The translations under genes were made by a program, and so were the position numbers. A stretch of DNA of 64,000 bases from Schmidtea polychroa (Eukaryota). The stretch is taken from assembly GCA_044892525.1 (NCBI GenBank), contig CM097885.1, forward strand, positions 41,108,001 to 41,172,000. The letters are read 5' to 3'. This document shows positions 25,297 to 42,990 of the stretch, piece after piece. How positions within the stretch are numbered: position 1 is the first letter of the stretch; every line of letters starts with the position of its first letter. Under the pieces are notes generated by a model. That model saw only the letters and a program-made list of their open reading frames with translations, was not told the origin of the DNA and did no database searches.

Positions 25297-28057
25297 ATAC
25301 GCGATAAGTGATTAATTAATAATGAAAACAATATTTTTAATTAAATTTTGTTTTATGTCAATTACATTCATGTTAGGCGAACAAATTTATAATACCTGTT
25401 TATGTGGTAGAAGCCTTTTTAAAAAACTAGGTGATAATTTAAAAAAAATTTAAAAAGACTTTAAACTTATTTATTTAATTCATACTCAAGCAAAATTCCT
25501 GAATTTGATGGCTACTGTCATGCCTTTCAAGAGTAAAAAGAAATTTAATTTAATGTAAGAAAAATTTGACTGACTTGATTATTGAGTTGAAGGAACTTGA
25601 TATTAAAAAAAGAAAACACAGACAAATTGCCATTGTGGTTGAAGAGATTTTTCTTTCAAGTAATTAGTTAGAGAATTTTACAAATTTAAGGAGAAGAGTG
25701 TTGATGTTTTGATTATTTGTTTCAGATTAAATTCGTACTAGTCTCCCACAAGGTCACCTGCTTCTAGATCAAACTAAGAAAAAACCTGTGATATAAATGT
25801 AACTATTTCTATTTGAATATTTGTTATTTCTGTTATTTGCAATAAAACTTATTGTTTTGTATCTTATTATTTTAGTATAAAGGACACAAAGTCAGATTAC
25901 AATTCGATCCCTACCGAAATGATTTAATTTCCAAACAAAATTCATCAAGCAAATAGCAAAATGAGTCAAAAATTTAAAGCACGCATTGCTTAACAGATTT
26001 ACAAGTATTTTTGTATACTACATTTTGTTTTAGGTGGACTTCGAATGGATCTTTTTCCATAGTATCAAACCATATTATCGGGTGTTATTTAAACGAATGA
26101 ATTATTAATTAAAATGATATTTTTTCTAAGTTGAACCAGTGAGTTTGAATTGTGAAGTTCTTTTGATCAGAATAAAAATTAATTGTTTTGGATCTTTATT
26201 TTCAATAGGAACAAATATATTCAAATTATTATGATATTCTAATTAAAAAATTATATAAACCCAAATTTATTTATATTATTAATATTATTGTTCTCACTAT
26301 CATTGCTACGAAATCAGTTCTTTTTTGACGGATTAATATTTATGATAAATGATATTTTTAATTTTTTTTTAAATCGCTTTTTTTTCAATAGAATTGTGAT
26401 GAGTAATTTTTCAGTTGATATTTCATCCTTATTTGATCATTGACGTTATTAAATTATGAAAAATGAATTATATCAAAAAGCATTCAATAATTTTAGCAAA
26501 TCTTTAGCTTTTTAAAAATATTTAATTAATTTAAAATAAAGAAAATTAGTATTAATTCAAATTATTTTTTTCCAAAATATTAAATCCCTAAAATTGTAAT
26601 TTCACATAACTATTGTTTTTTGCGAAAATATTTGTTTAACTAAGCCTATTATTAAAATCCTTAACAAAAATTATGTATTCGCTACTCCAAAAGTTTTCTT
26701 AAATAATATAAAGATAGGAAAAGTTTCATAGGAAATAAGTTTCATAATTATGCTGGGGTTGATTTGTGAAATAATAAACTAAAACTATTAATCTGACTCA
26801 AATAGTACTTTTAATACAACAACGAAAAATAAAACAGTTTATTAATCAGAACCATTACAATCTAGTCGTCCATTTTCAATTACAATCAGAATGAATTATT
26901 AGGCTGCTAGTATGTTTTACTACTTATTATAACGCTTAGTGAGGAATAGCACTCTTCAACAAAATTGATATTCACAATCACTTGAGCTCAGGTTAAATAA
27001 TATATTTCAGTAATGTTTGCTTGCTTATATTCTTTCCATTAATTTTGTATTTTTTCTTTAATTTACTAAAAGCTCACACGCCAAATATCAGTTTCTCCGA
27101 ATTCAAAAAAAATACTTTTTCAATTACCTTTAATAATAAGTTTACAATATTTATTTTCGTATCAATATTCTTGCCTTATTCATTTTGTGTCCATTCTTAT
27201 TTTTTCTTTGGCTTTAATAGTTCTGCATTGAGTAACACTTGATAATATTCGTCAACAAATAAATTTACAGGTCTCTTGCATTTCGTTATCTCGGCGATAG
27301 TCGAAAACTAATATAAATTATAATGGATGGTGAAATATGCATTACAGTGAACGATTCTGTTGAATTTACAAGCTCAGATTATTATGTTAAAGATTCCATA
27401 ATCACCTCAGACTGTGTGAAGTATGCTGAAGTGACAAAATTTCTCATGAAATTGTCTTCGATTGTGGTAAATTTGACTGATTTATCTGGTATCAGGGACT
27501 ATCCATCAATACCCATTGTTGTTGTAAACCGTGGATGTGTGTATATTAGTATGTGTGTTAAGATTTATATATGAGAGAAGTCTGTAGAGCTTGGAGGGTC
27601 TCCTTTAAAACTTGTGGTGGGACAGCGGGGTGTTTGTATGTGAGCCAATAAATGATATACAATAACAAACAATAATATTTAGAAGTTTATTAACAAAAAA
27701 TATACAGTTTTTCTATCGGTGAACCTTCGATCTTATTATAACCTTTTATTGAGGGATTCAAACTTTTTTTTCTAATTTATTTTCTAGATGTTCTCGGATT
27801 AGTTTCCTTCTAGATCAGTGTTTGGATAATATTCTACTTCAAATGTAAATCAGAATTTGTTTCTTTTTAATTGCTCTTGAATATTTTCTGGTTAAGTTAC
27901 TTCTAATTAGGTATTTGGATAAGATTCAAATTTTTCCGTTATTAGGATTTTAGTTGGAGTTTTTTAGTTTTAAAAATATAATTTTTGATTTTTTTATTGA
28001 TTTTTTATATTTGTAATTCTCTATAGTAATTGTTTATTATAGGGAATTACTCTATAT

Positions 28058-28228
28058 CAGGGGTTTCAAACTCAAACTGGCCTGCGGGCCGCATTAGACT
28101 AGTATTATGAGCCGGCGGGCCGCAACATAAATAATTGTTTTTCAGAACATGTGGAGTCTGAAACTCCGACGTTAATATTTATTTAATTAAAAACTCAACA
28201 AAACTAAAAAACATTTTTTTATTATTAA

Positions 28229-28281
<53 letters not shown>

Positions 28282-28426
28282 TGTATAACGTCATATGTAT
28301 AAATAAAAATAATTAAAAAGATAAGTTTTAATTTATACAGCCAATTATGATTTTAATTGTTAAATAAGTTTGGTTAAATTACAAATCTATGTTTTTTCGT
28401 TGCGGGCCGCGTGTTTGAGACCCCTG
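28058..28426. mobile_element. hAT (Charlie/Buster-type) MITE, 369 bp
   Basis: TIRs CAGGGGTTTCAAAC / GTTTGAGACCCCTG, subterminal GCGGGCCGC motifs, perfect 8-bp TSD CTCTATAT (28050-28057, 28427-28434). Confidence 0.93.
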
Positions 28427-29149
28427 CTCTATATATAGTACTATTTGTTTTATTAATACAACAAACGCAAAAATGACTTTACTTTGTCATTTCTATACAA
28501 ATTCAAGACGATGAAAAAAATATAATATAATAGTACACTATAGTCATATCTACAAATTGCATTTTATTCAACATCTCCTTATCGTATTCATTGAAAAGCA
28601 TAATTTAAATAGTTACAGTGTATTCTGGCAAAAAGACACCTGTTCAACGATACCAAAACGACATTGAAAACCTTTTTGTTGGGTATAACAAGAAAGTACG
28701 TAAGCTAGTTTGTCTTGCTCATCGCAATGACATTTTCTCGGTGCATCATTTGTATTGTGTTCCAATCATCAAACCCTTATTATTGACTAAAATTATTTAA
28801 TAGAATAAATGTCATATTCCTTTAGCCTCCGAATAATTTACGTTATATTATATGTGTCACCTAATTGTTTCCGTACCGCCACCGCTTTCTGAAATGTCTC
28901 ATTGGATAATGTTTTCATAACAATGTTTTATAATGTAGCTTTTAGTATGTTCGAACTATTATTAAATATGATTAATCTGCTTATTATATCCATATCTAAT
29001 TCATTACCTCTTAATATCCTATTCATTGAGAATAATAATTTTATTTTTAAATAATTATTTTCTTATTGAATATTAATAATTGATTTTTATTTATTATTGT
29101 CAATTATTAATTATGGAGTTTAATAGTTAAATAAAACTGAAGAGTCAAC

Positions 29150-29641
29150 ATGAAAACCTCCTTGATAGAAGCCACCGAACTATTTCCCATTGACTCACCT
29201 ATTGCCCATGCTCGAACGGGAAAACGAAACGTGAGGCAAAAGCAGATTTTTGGTGATCAATGTTTTACTGAGAAAGAAGAAGTCTCAAGAAAATTGAATA
29301 ACGCCAAAGTAATTGCGAAAAGCCTTGTTGAAGTGGAACATATTTTGGATATATTTTATGACAGAAATGTAGCAATTCCTCAAATGCTCCTCAATTGCAT
29401 GAATATTGCTTTGGATTTTGACATGGCCTTTTTTTCATCAAATGATCGACAGAAAGACACATTGCTTGTGGCAAAAGCAACAAACTGTTTTTTCAAAAGA
29501 ATAATACCTAAACTAATCAGTCACTTGGATACTTCTTTAACAATGCAAAGTGAATTGCACAGATTTGACGAAAAGATATTGGCATTTTCGCGACTTTGCT
29601 ACGCCATTAGTCATTTATCATTGAAAAAATCATCTAAATAA
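29150..29641 (+). CDS. Hypothetical single-exon 163-aa protein, no recognised family
   Basis: Uninterrupted ATG-TAA ORF of normal complexity in very AT-rich flanks; start context gtcaacATG. Confidence 0.5.
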   Translation: MKTSLIEATELFPIDSPIAHARTGKRNVRQKQIFGDQCFTEKEEVSRKLNNAKVIAKSLVEVEHILDIFYDRNVAIPQMLLNCMNIALDFDMAFFSSNDRQKDTLLVAKATNCFFKRIIPKLISHLDTSLTMQSELHRFDEKILAFSRLCYAISHLSLKKSSK

Positions 29642-31027
29642 ATAGTCAACTAAATTCTTTTGAATTCGACAAAACATTTTCAATAGAAACTATAAATATT
29701 ATATTTATTTTTAAACAGGAGTAAGAGCTCATAATATAGATAAATTAATAATTTCGAATGGTGAATTTGTTAAATAAAAGTTTAAGAAAATATCAATATG
29801 ATATTTCATTGTATTGAACTCCTATTTTATAATACATCAACTATTGAAACAAATGTTGTTTAAAGATTAACTTTTGAAATGATTTATTACTATATATTTT
29901 ACAGATAAATTATAAGTAATATACAAAATTAAATGTTTATGTTAATTGTTTTCTTGACATGGCACCATTCTGTAGCATATATAGTTTATAGGATAATGAT
30001 GTCAACACAATCCATTTATTATATAATACAAAAATAATATTATAGGTCTTCAAGTTTGCGACCATTAATCTATTAAACGTAGGGGTTTAAAATTGAGTTT
30101 TTTTAAAATTTAACAAAAATAAATAAAACTAAAATAATTTGAAAAATAAATTGTAAAATAAAAAATTCTAAGGAAAACATGAGAAAATTATTGAAGATAT
30201 TTTATTAATATTTTTTAATTGCATGACGATAATTTTAATTTCATTCATAATTTAGTTTGATCATTTAGAAAATTATTTTTTTTTATATTTGTCTGAGTTT
30301 TGAATAATAACATCAGCACCTCTCAACCATTTTCTGATGTACCACCAAATAAAAAATATATTGGAGTACTCCTTAAATGAAAACAAACTTTATCATTTCA
30401 ACATCAGAGATATATTCATGTATCAAAAATCTCCTTATTCATCAACTATATGCACTTTAATTTCTATTATTGTATTTTCCTTACAAATATTTTAAATATT
30501 TTCCTTGCGAAAGCCTTTAGTTATACAAAGAACGTCCGTCTACTCTCCTCTATTCTCCTCGTCGGTTAGAAATGGCTTTTTTAGTTAATTTATTGCATCC
30601 ATAATTTAACTCACAAAATACGTATTCAATTCAAAACAGTACAATTTATTTGCAATATTCAAACAAATCTCCACGAGGATTTTTATTCAACATAGATTAA
30701 GGAATAGATAAGGAATTTTCATCCCACATTAATCCACAACATACATTCATTCAATAATTAATTTTAATAATTTTTATGCAATTATTATTGGCATTTATTG
30801 TGAACTGTTGACGCGTTATAACATAACACAGACAGTCTTGAAAATGAGTTATTCCCCTGTATCAAGAAAACAACCAAAAATATATCTACTGAAAAGGTTT
30901 TACATTACGAATTAAATAGAGAATAACACATTAAATAGAAACAATAATAATAATAACATTATTGTTATTATAAAGATGGGGTTGATTTGAATGGTAGGAT
31001 AAAAACAAGAGCTAAAGATATATAATC

Positions 31028-34000
31028 AGTAGGTAGATAGTAGCGTACGGCAGCAATAGGGCGGGGTACCCCCCCCCCCCCTGCTGCCGTAATTTTTTTG
31101 CTGCAACTTTTGATTACGCAATTTTTCAGACTATAGTGAGGGGGTCTCGATGGTCCTGGGATTTTCAATACAAATAAAATTTTTTCTATACAAAAACGAT
31201 GGTCCTGGAATTTTCAATACAAATAAAATTTTTTCAATACAAAAATCCGACTACCACTAAAAAAGCATGGTAATTTAAGGTCTCAGGATATTTTCAATAC
31301 AAAAAGGTGGTCTACACTAAAAAAGCCAAGGATTTTTCAAACTATAGTGAGGCGAGTCTCCTTGGTCCTGAGAAATAGGTGGTCTACACTAAAAAAGCAT
31401 GGTAATTTAAGGTCTCAAGATATTTTCAATACAAAAAGCTGGTCTACAATAAAAAAGCATGGTAATTTAAGGTCTCAGGATATTTTCAATACAAAAAGCT
31501 GGTCTACACTAAAAAAGCCAAGGATTTTTCAGACTATAGTGAGGTGAGTCTCCTTGGTCCTGAGAAATATGTGATCTACACTAAAAACGTGGTAAATTTT
31601 TCAATTAAAGTAAATAATGGTCCAAATTTTAAAAATTAAATTACAGTAAATTATGGCTCAAATTTTTAAATTACAGTAAATTATGGTTCTAAAAAATTAA
31701 ATTACAGTAAATTATGGCTCAAATTTTTAAATTACAGTAAATTATGGTCCAAATTTTTAAATTAAATTAAATTAAGGTTCTAAATTTTAAATTAAAGTAA
31801 ATTAAGGTTCTAAAAATTAAATTAAAGTAAATTATAGTCCAAATTTTTGAATTAAAGTAAATTATGGTCCAAATTTTTAAATTAAAGTAAATTAAGGTTC
31901 TTAAAAATTAAATTACAGTAAATAATGGTCCAAATTTTTAAATTAAGTAATCAAAGTAAAAAATTAAAATTAAAGTTAAATAAGTAAATTAAAGTAATAA
32001 TTTTTTAAATAAGTAAATTAAAGTAAATTAAAGTAAGATTTTAAAATTTATTAACAAAAAGTTGAAATAATAGAAGGTGTTTGAGAATTGAAATTTTTTA
32101 ATGAAAATTTTAATGAAATATGGAATAATTTTTTAAGTTAATTTTTAATGGAAATTTTTAAGAAATATTTTTCAATGATAATTTTAGATGGAAATTTTTA
32201 AGATAATTTTTAATGAAAATTTTTATGAAATATTTTTCAAAGACAAATTTTAATAATAATTCAACAACAAATCAACAACTTAGTACCAACAACCAGTAAC
32301 TTACGAACATGTATTAACAACCAGATACCTACAACTAGTTACTAACAACCAGTTACCTGATACCAGATACCTACCAACTACTTACAACCAAAATCAACCA
32401 GATACCTACAACTAGTTACTAACAACCAATTACCTGCTACCAAGTACTTACAACTAGATACCACGTACTAAATAACTCTCAAACAACCAAGTACCTACAA
32501 CAAATTACCAGATACCAGATACCTACAACCAGTTACTAACAACTAGTTACCTGATACTAAGTACCTACAACCACCTAACAAGTACTAACAACCAAAAACA
32601 AGCAACCAACCAGGTACCAGATACCACCTACTAAGTACCAACAACCAACTAGCTACCAGATACCTACAACTAAATACTAAAAACCAGTTACCAACTACTA
32701 AGTACCTACAACCACCTAGTTACCAGATACCTACAACTAGATACTAACAACTAGATACCAAGTACCTACAACCACCTACCCATTAACTAGCTACCAAGTA
32801 CTAACAACCAGGTCTCAAACAACTAGATACTAACAAACAGTTACCAACTACTAAGCATTAATTACCTACAACTAGTTACTAACAACTAGATACCAAGCAC
32901 TGACAACCAACATCAACCAGGTACTAAGCATCATCAACTAACTACTAAGTACCTACAACCTACAACTAGATACTAACAACCAGTTACCTGATACCAAATA
33001 CTTACAACTAGTTACCAAGTACCTACAACCACCTACCCATTAACTAGCTACCAAGTACTAACAACTAGGTCTCAAACAACTAAATACTAACAACCAGTTA
33101 CCAACTACTAAGCATTAATTACCTACAACTAGTTACTAACAACTAGATACCAAGTACTTACAACCAACATCAACCAGGTACTAAGCATCATCAACTAACT
33201 ACTAAGTACCTACAACCTACAACTAGATACTAACAACCAGTTACCTGTTACCAAGTACTTACAACTAGTTACTAACAACCAACCAACTAGGTACTAGATA
33301 CCAAGTACTTACAATCAACATCAACCAGGTACTAAGCATCATCAACTAACTACTAAGTACCTACAACCTACAACTAGATACTAACAACCAGTTACCTGAT
33401 ACCAAATACTTACAACTAGATACCAAGTACTATCAACCAAAAACAACCAACCAACTAGGTACTAGATACCAAGTACTAACAACCAACATCAACCAGGTAC
33501 TAAGCATTATCAACCAACTAGAGTACCTACTAAGTACCTACAACCAACTAACAACCACCTACCAAGTACTAACAACCAGTTACCAACTACTAAGCATTAA
33601 TTACATACAACTAGTTACTAACAACTAGATACCAAGTACATATAACCAACATCAACCAGGTACTAAGCATTATCAACCAAGTACTAACAACCAAGTAACT
33701 TACCTAGTACTAAGCACTGTCAACTAGATACCAAACACTTACAACCAGATGACCACATGAAATTATTGGTTAAATATGAAAATAAGGATTATATTTAGTT
33801 GTTAAGTAAATTATGGTGTAAAATTAAGAAATAAAGAATAATTAGGTAAATTAAAGTTCAAAATTTTAAATAAGTAAATTAAGGTTCAAAATTTAAAATT
33901 AAAGAAAACAATGGTTCAAATTTTAAATTAAAGCTAAATGAGTAAATTAAAGTAAGATTTTTAATTTTATTATCAAAAGATTGAATAACCACCAACTTTT

Positions 34001-34034
34001 TTGAGAAATGTAATTTATAATGAAAATTTAAATG

Positions 34035-34098
<64 letters not shown>
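31028..34098 (+). repeat. Left ~3-kb TIR of element 2, made of ~60-bp, ~30-bp and A/C-rich tandem arrays
   Basis: Reverse complement of 39075-42028. Sub-arrays at ~31250-31590 (GGTCTACACTAAAAAAG units), 31600-31990 (AAATTAAAGTAAATTATGGTCC units) and 32265-33750 (ACAACTAG/ACCAAGTAC mosaic). Confidence 0.93.
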
Positions 34099-36295
34099 CA
34101 ATAATCAATAAATCAATTTCTTATTCACATTTTCTTATAAAACTTATATTTTTAAATTAAAGTATTAAATTGATGATTTAATTTTAATTGTATTTGAATG
34201 ATACATTTAATTTACTTTGATTGAAAGGAGTAATATAATTCATATTATGATATTTGTTTTCAAAATATTTAGTGTAGAATAGTAAATTTAATAATATATA
34301 GCTATTATTACAAGTACTTATTCAACAAAAAACTTTTTACTTCTATTGTATTGTTCAATCAATAAGTTTAAAAGTATGTAACTGGTAGTAGATTAATTTA
34401 TTATTTACAATATTTGAGAACTTAAAAAACTTATAAAATTTTGATTGTATTTTCTAAGACTTATATTTGAATATTCAACTTATTTTGAATGAAAAGGGTA
34501 ATATACTATTTTATATATTATTTTCTTTTATGATAATTGTTTTTGAAATACATAATGTAAATTAAAACATTTTAGTATTAATTAGTTATTATTTTAGAAT
34601 TTATTTTAGTCAAAAATTTAAAAAAAAAAGACCTATTCCATATTTCTTATTCAAATACTATTCACAGCTTGTTATGTAATAAAATAGTCGCGACTTGTTA
34701 TGTAATAAACTTTTTTAAATTAATATCCTTCTCACTTATATTCCCACGATTCTCTATTTTCCACTAATTATTATCACTAATATCCCCCGATTTCCATTAA
34801 TTAATCACTTATATACCCCCAATTTTCCATTAATTATTCACCTATATTCCCCTGATTTTCCATTAATTATTCCCCACAAATATTTCTTTTAAGATTTTTT
34901 TTTATTAAAGTGATAATTTTTATAAAATAGTTGCAATACTTTCATTCTTATCAACCTTCATGTTATCTATACCACTTCCTAGTATTTACCTCCCATGATC
35001 CATTAATGAATTATTCTACCAATTATTTTCACCCATTTGAATTTATCATCGAGTAATGAATAATTTCCTCACTTTAATGAAGATTCTTACCACCTTCATT
35101 GTTAATTTTATCAAAGTTTAAAGAATATTTCTCTTTTCATTGCTTACCACTTTAGAATTTTTATCAAAATTTGTGATAATTTTACTGATTCAATGATAAA
35201 TTTGAATGAGTTAATTAATATATACTCTGAGTTTATCCGACAAAATATTCTGTCCCCCTATGGGTATTGCTCACAAGGGTACTACTCACATTCAACATGT
35301 CGCAAGGGTATTAGTCGTAAAGGTATTTAATGTTTTTATTTGAATGATTATTTAGGCAAATTTGATGTTTAAGGCATTGATAATTTTTAGAGTTGATGGT
35401 TTTAGTAAATATTCAAGTAAATTTCTATCATTTTTGTGAATTTTTATCGTTTTTATGAATTTCTATCATTTTTATGGATTTCCATTATTTTCATGAATTT
35501 CCGTAATTTTTGTGAATATCTGTAATTTAATGCTAATTCTAAGGTAAATTTAATTAATTTCATGATAATTGAATGTATTTTTATTGACTTGTTTTTTAAT
35601 TTTAAATAAAAATTTATTTTTAATGAGGTTAATAATTAAAGTTTGTACAATAATCAAGTGGTAGGATAAATTTTGATGAGGATATTGAATAATTTTCTAA
35701 GAATTTCATGTTGACTGATTAAAAGTTTTAATGGTGATAAATTTAATTGATAAATTTAATTAATTTCTTGATAATTAGTTGTATTTTATTGAATAGTTTT
35801 TAAATAAAAATTAATTTCATTGACAATTAGGTTAATAATTAAGTGATTTTTGATGATAACTTTGTAATGTATTTGACTAAATAATGTTTTCAATATTTTT
35901 CTAAGAATATTTACTCATTGATGAACTTTAAAAAACATAAGCTAAGAAACCAGTAAACTTACTTGAAAATGATTGTAGTTTGCTGTTATTGCTTGAAAAT
36001 GATTGGTTGAATCGATGAAGAATTATGATCAATCAATATATATCATCTCCAGTATTTGATGGTAAATATTTGTAGAAAATATTGATTTTTGATCTTTTAG
36101 TGAACTCTTACTACATAGCTACTAAATTATTTCAATGGAAGAATATTTGGTGTCTATAACAATTAAGTCATATTTTTGAAGTTCTTTAAAGATTTTAAGA
36201 CTGAATTGAATTAAATGAGGATTCAAGTGGGTAGAATTGAAGGATATATTCGGTTAGATGTTTAAAGAGGTAGAAATATTTGCTGAGAGATCGAT

Positions 36296-36625
36296 TAAGA
36301 TGGGAATATATGATCTTTTGAAGGGATATAGTTGGTTAGATTTAATGAAGGATGGGTTAAGATGGAAATAGATCATTGTAAGGGAGATATAGTCGGTTAG
36401 ATTAAATGAGGGATAGGTTAAGATGGGAATATATGTTTTTATGGGGGATATAGTCGGTTAAATTTAATGAGAGATGAGTTAAGATGGGAATATATCATTG
36501 TAAGGGAGATATAGTCGATTGACTTTAATAAGAGATCGGATAAGATGGGAAAATATAATCTTTTAAGGAAGACATAGTCAATTGAATTTAATGAAGGATG
36601 GGTTAAGATGGGAATATATGATTTT
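36296..36625. repeat. ~60-bp tandem repeat, about 5.5 copies
   Basis: TTAAGATGGGAATATA recurs at ~36296, 36357, 36418, 36479, 36540, 36603. Confidence 0.85.
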
Positions 36626-37229
36626 TTTAATGGTGATGTTGGTAAAATATCATTGTTTTAAGGGAAATGTCAATTAGTCAGTTATGTATCAATAATAATT
36701 ATATCGTTTTATTAGGTTGTGATTAATCCATTGTATATTAATTTAGATTTATGTTTTAGAACAATGTTTTATTAAATTTTCTATTAATTATCCAGGGTTT
36801 TATTACGTAGTGTTAATGACCGATTTACTTGGTTTTGACAATGAAATCTTTACAGATAAATGGGATTGATATCAACTTTAAATTATTTTTATCTTTATTT
36901 AAGCGGAGAATGACAAAAGTTGAGAAATATGGACTTAAAACATCGACAACAACTAAATAAAATTGATCTTTATTGAAAGAAATCTATCGGGTGATTTTAA
37001 TTAGTAATTAAATCGGTTGAATATTGGTAAAAATGATCATTTGAAGAAATATATTTTATTGAATGGATAAATTTAATCTTTCAATGGGACCTAGTCAGTT
37101 ATATTTATTTTAAATTTCGAGTACAGTGATTAACAAAAAGTTAATTATAACCGGTTTTATTATTAGATTTTATCAATTATTTAGGGTTAATGACCAAATT
37201 ATTTTACATGTTTTATAATATTCTTGATA

Positions 37230-37720
37230 ATAGGAATTAAAGTCATTTAAAGGGGATTTTAAGCAATCTTATTAGTCTGAGGTAAATCTATAACCTTTTA
37301 AGGATATTTATCGATAAAATACTAATCTTTAAAGATAGTTATTTCAGGGAAATTTGATGCTTTTTAGATGATTTTAGTGAAATATTTGTAATAATATGGA
37401 TTAAGGGTGGAAATATAGTCATTTAAGAGATTTTAAGGAATCTTGTTAGTTTGAGGTGAATATATAGTCTTTTAAGGGTACTTGTCATTAAAATATCAAT
37501 CTTTAAAGATAGTGTTATTTCAATGAAATTTGATGCTTTTTAGATGATATTTGTAATAATATGAATTAAGGATAGAAATATAGTCATTTAAGGGGATTTT
37601 AAGGAATCTTGTTAGTTTGGGGTGAATATATGATCTTTAACAAGTACTTATCGATAAGATACTAATCTTAAAAGATATAGATATTTCAGGGAAATTTGAT
37701 GCTTTTTAGATGATTTTATT
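37230..37720. repeat. ~175-bp tandem repeat, about 3 copies
   Basis: AGTCATTTAA...GAAATTTGATGCTTTTTAGATGAT recurs three times. Confidence 0.8.
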
Positions 37721-39074
37721 GGAGAATTCACTTGGATATACCAATTATTTAAATGAATTTACTGGTTTGTTAGATGTTATCATTAGCTATCTAGTCTCTT
37801 TTGGAATTTAATGATAATTATTTTTATTGTAGATTACTGACTTTGATAATTTTAATGAATTTATATTGATTTTTGAATATATTGAGAAATCAGTCAATCA
37901 ATTTGAGTACATGTATTACTTTTAAAAAAAATACTTAAAATTAATTTTATTTCAATTAATTTATTCAATCTAAATCAATTATCTACTAGATCTTATCTTA
38001 TTAATTTATTATCTTAGTTGATTCAACTTGAATGATCAGCATTTTTTTTATTTACTGGATGATTAGAATTTTTTCTTGTCCATTAATTAAATTTTTATGA
38101 TATTTATTTTGAATAATTTAAATTTTTACAATTATTTAATCAATTTTTACCAAGTTATTGATGCCTTGAGTTCAAATAATTTTTCATCCAATTTTTCAAG
38201 TGAAGAGTATTTGCTTTTAAAGATCAATTTGTTAGTACATAGTTGTTGGTTGTAAGTAGTTGGTTGACTTTTTAGATTTTGATAAGAAAATAGTGTATGC
38301 GATGAAGAATATTTTGTATTTAATTGCTATTATTTTTATGTGTTGTTAGTTGATTGTTGGTACTAAGTTGTTGGTATCTTGTATTTGGTAGTTGGTACAG
38401 TGTTGTTTACTGATTGTTGTTATATAGTTGTAGGTTGATATTTGTTAATTTCTCGATGGGTTTTGATGGTGGTTGTTAGTAGTTGTTGTTTGAAACCTAG
38501 TGGTTAGTATTTAGTAGCTAGTTAATGGGTAGGTTGTGGTTAAGTGTTACCAATACCCCTACGACTAGTACCTTTACGACCAGTACCCTTACGACTAATA
38601 CCCTTACGACCTGTACCCTTAGGGGGTCAAAACATCCTGTCGGATAGACTCAGAGTATATATAATAAAACTGATCAACAATAAGTATTTATTGAATGCGA
38701 TTTTTACTTTGCAATAATAAGTCAGTAGTTATCATTTAAAAGAAGAATGTTTTGTACATTAGAATTCATTAGTCTTTCATTGTAATTAAAATTATTTTGA
38801 ATTCCACGTGGTGATGAGTTGTGGTTTTTTGATGAAAATCAACATTTTTGTTAATTTGAAAAGGTTTTTCTAATGATTGTAATTAAATATATTTTTGAAG
38901 ATAGATAAAAAATTAATTTAAAAAGCATTTCATAAAATACAGTGAAGAATATTTAGTAGTTAGTTGTAAGTATCTGGTTGTTTGAGAGTTAGTTAGTACG
39001 TGGTATCATGTTGTAAGTATTTGTTAGCACCTAGTTAAAAAATAATCAGTAACCGATTGTTGGTAACTGTTGAA

Positions 39075-42028
<2,954 letters not shown>

Positions 42029-42729
42029 ATAATCAAAAAAAATCATTTAATATTTAAAAATTAAAAATAATAAAATATTCAAATATATTGTAATATTTAA
42101 AATATTGTTGGGTTATTATTGTTCAAGCCGGTACTGATTATGACTTCACGTGTTTTATCTCAATTATGAAAATAAGACCCAACACAAAATCTCTTTAATA
42201 AAAATGGAAAGAAAGTGACTTTTCTCTTATTAATTTTAATTTTTTTATCACGACATCGTAGTGTCCTTTCTTCGACTAACAAACCTTTGCCCAACAGTGT
42301 CATTGACATTTATATAGTTGTTCCTTCCACTCAATCGGTAAATTGAATTAGCCATCGCTCAATGTTTTGGAAAACAAAATAATTGAACAGGCATCCTCTC
42401 GTCTTTATTCAAAGATCTCGTTTTGTTAATTCAAAATTTTGAAAAGAAACCTAATTTCATCATTCTCTAGTTTGTTCGAGTTTTCCACATAACTAATAAA
42501 TTATTCATTATTAAGAAACCTGCCTTCCAAAAACCAAATTAGATACCGTATAATTAATGAAGATTGGAACTGGAAATATTTTTTGCAATAATAAGGCAGT
42601 TTGTCTTATTTGTAACTCGAGTGTGGCGGATTTAAAATAATACAACTTGAGAAGACTTAAAGGTTACGCACAAAGTTTAAGCGAAGAAAGCCGAAAAAAA
42701 GCCACATATATTTTATATTTAATTAATTT

Positions 42730-42990
42730 AAATAAAGTTCTTACTCAAATCTGTCTGTAAATTACTAGGCTTTCCATCAGCAAACAATTATTTTATTGCA
42801 TCAGATTTTGTTTTTTGTTTAAATAGCACGTACAAAAAAAACTAAATATATCAATAAATATGAAGATATATTTGTATCCCATATTAACTTTAGAAAATGG
42901 TATCATTTCCATCAAATCCATTTGCCATAAATCATTAATTCTCATTGTTTTATAACTACGTTTGGATAATTTCTTCAATATCGGTTTATT
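42730..42990 (-). pseudogene. Degenerate Maverick/Polinton-type rve integrase fragment
   Basis: INDLWQMDLMEMIPFSKVNMGYKYIFIFIDIFS and downstream KPSNLQTD match the Polinton integrase pattern 'D.WQADL..M......N.GYKY.L..ID.FS...P..LQTD'. Confidence 0.8.

Larger units (their letters stand above)
35225..38655. mobile_element. Nested TA-flanked TIR element (Tc1/mariner-like ends, no recognisable ORF)
   Basis: Left end CTCTGAGTTTATCCGACAAAATATTCTGTCCCCCTATGGGTA versus reverse complement of right end CTCTGAGTCTATCCGACAGGATGTTTTGACCCCCTAAGGGTA; TA on both flanks. Confidence 0.7.

Noticed and set aside
31250..31590. Regularly spaced repeats as a CRISPR array (also 14214-14300, 36296-36625)
   Set aside because: Intervening sequences are themselves repeated, there are no unique spacers or cas genes, and the context is eukaryotic.
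32265..33750. Telomeric repeat or coding repeat protein
   Set aside because: No fixed unit such as TTAGGG/TTAGG, and no ORF of 60 aa or more in any frame.
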